Part shown: piece by piece, positions 62,522 through 64,000 of the stretch
Layout: each line of letters begins with the position of its first letter
How positions within the stretch are numbered: position 1 is the first letter of the stretch
NCBI GenBank assembly: GCA_024699715.1
Contig: JANPRD010000010.1
Span: 39,159-103,158, forward strand
From: Candidatus Methanophagales archaeon
GTDB taxonomy: Archaea > Halobacteriota > Syntropharchaeia > Alkanophagales > Methanospirareceae
DNA: 64,000 nucleotides
Reading direction: 5' to 3'
Notes under the pieces: model-generated
The model's database searches: none
Seen by the model: the letters and a program-made list of their open reading frames with translations, nothing else
Told to the model about the DNA's origin: nothing
Program-made: the position numbers and the translations under genes

Positions 62522-63901
62522 TCATATGAATTTGAGATCTCCCTTGGCATTCACAATCCATTCTGAATGCAGTGGCCCCTCTTTTAAGGAGCCATCTGGT
62601 TCAAGGAAAGCATGAAGTCTAAAAGGTGCATTTTTCTCATTTAACTTAGATTGATATCGCCCAACTACCTCAATTTCTTCACTTTTATAGCCTATGGAAC
62701 CGAAGTAAGATTAACATCTTAGTTCTCACTTTTGCTTGAAGAATTTTCATGCAATCGTAATGCCAATCTGTCATTAGAGCTTCTGCCTTGTAATCAAGCT
62801 TACCTTTAAGTATAACAGTCAAATCCCCAATACTGCTATCTTTTCTTCAGCGTCTGGTACGATCAGAGATCCTTTAGCTTTATCAACCTTTATATATGCT
62901 TCAAACTCCAGTGATCCCTCTGCAATCCCATGATTTGGAAATCCTTTGTCTTCTTTAAAATTGGGTTCACTTATATGTATTTTAGCCCTGTAGGGAGCTT
63001 CACTCTCAGGTCTTAATCCTATGAGATGCATACACATCAAGATTAAGACGAAGAAATCCGCTCTGCTGTTAAGGTAGGCATATGCGGCGGTAGCTCCTAC
63101 TTCTACCATGGATCTCTTATCTCTCAGTTTTCAAGGTTTGATCGTATGAATGTCTCTCCTCTCTTTTCCGCTGTTTTCCATAACTCAATCCCTTCTCCTC
63201 AATGAGATCTGGATCGGTAAAGATTATATCTCAGAATATTCTACTCTACTCCGTTAGCTATCTGGTCAGTATTTTGCACCCCTCCTTCTCCTTATAGCGG
63301 CAGATATAGAGCGAAAAAGTTGTAGAAGGTTACTGGAATCCAACATTTAGAAGGTAAACTGATTCTTAGTTGTACCCATATAGCGAGTACGCTTCCTCTA
63401 ATAGCTTTATTGCTCTGGGTCTTACAATTCCCAAAATTCTCCCTATCCTGTCAGGATCAGCTGGTCACCCTAAGATGTTGCCGTTTGTTCCTATCATGTG
63501 CCAATTCAGTTATAGCTGTGAAGAATGAACAGCATACTCCGCTATCGTCGAGCCCTATTTAGCAATGCCAAGGTCTTTGTCAGACGCTTAATAGCACCTT
63601 CTAGGGTTACAGTCCATCATTCATCCAAAGGCGTGGCTATTTCTCCTGTAAACCATGAATTGTATCCATCAAACTCGACTGCGTCAACCTCCATTCTCTC
63701 ACTAACTCGACAGGATCCAGGATTTGTTTGCCATAAGCCTTCCATGGATAAAGAGGGCATCTTCTACGGCATGATGCGTCCGTAGGACAGAATCATTTAG
63801 AGCACTAGAGCGTCTTATCATTGCATCTTACGCGGATACATTTTACCAGCTCGAAGGGCTTCTGCTATGAGTGTACATTTTTTCCGGGTCAATTTCCTCA
63901 T
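62522..63901 (-). pseudogene. decayed AT-rich gene cassette content between the attC sites
   Basis: GGGTGA followed by ATG at 63901 just after attC2; fragment ORF 62819..63109; start-less frame 62710..62522 ending 11 nt before attC1. Confidence 0.5.
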
Positions 63902-63923
63902 TTCTCACCCATAAGAGTACATG

Positions 63924-64000
63924 TCGCCTAACAGGTAGCGGGTATGCGAAGCCCGTAAGAGTTTGGGTGAGCAATAGCAAACCGCATACATGCTGTTAGA
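63924..64000 (-). mobile_element. attC-like integron cassette recombination site 2 (cut by the window end)
   Basis: GCCTAAC...GTTAGA cores, inner GTATGCG/CGCATAC, homologous to site 1. Confidence 0.75.

Noticed and set aside
63525-63785. Plus-strand 86-aa ORF as a real gene
   Set aside because: It opposes the cassette orientation, has no RBS or motif, and the minus strand looks more protein-like.

Overview
Archaeal chromosomal DNA, most consistent with an MCR/ACR-bearing Halobacteriota lineage such as Methanophagales (ANME-1) or a relative. This is inferred from methanogenesis marker 15, cdhAB, an FrhB-family protein, AglB/AglJ, archaeosortase A, CarS and secreted multiheme cytochromes. Most of the window is housekeeping: sulfate activation (cysDN), N-glycosylation, lipid and cofactor synthesis, Hef, RadB, polyamines, CODH and part of the S10 ribosomal operon. 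About 16 single-base frameshifts, some in essential genes such as rpl4 and aglB, point to uncorrected long-read indels. The most notable signals are: (1) two homologous, covarying attC-like hairpins at 62.4 and 63.9 kb that bracket a decayed gene cassette, probably the distal end of an archaeal integron array; (2) an unannotated 54-aa peptide gene with its own promoter and RBS directly upstream of a radical SAM/SPASM enzyme and a membrane protein, in a small island next to a T-arm-defective tRNA(CAT), a candidate archaeal RiPP system; (3) a shared C-terminal [RK]LRxLGY[LM] motif on CysD and two adjacent RHH proteins; (4) tandem nanowire-like multiheme cytochromes, one with an in-frame TAG; (5) strong GATC/CGCG avoidance in the core that is lost in the foreign segments; (6) pervasive purine-rich low-complexity insertions inside conserved proteins. 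All calls were made by eye without database searches.
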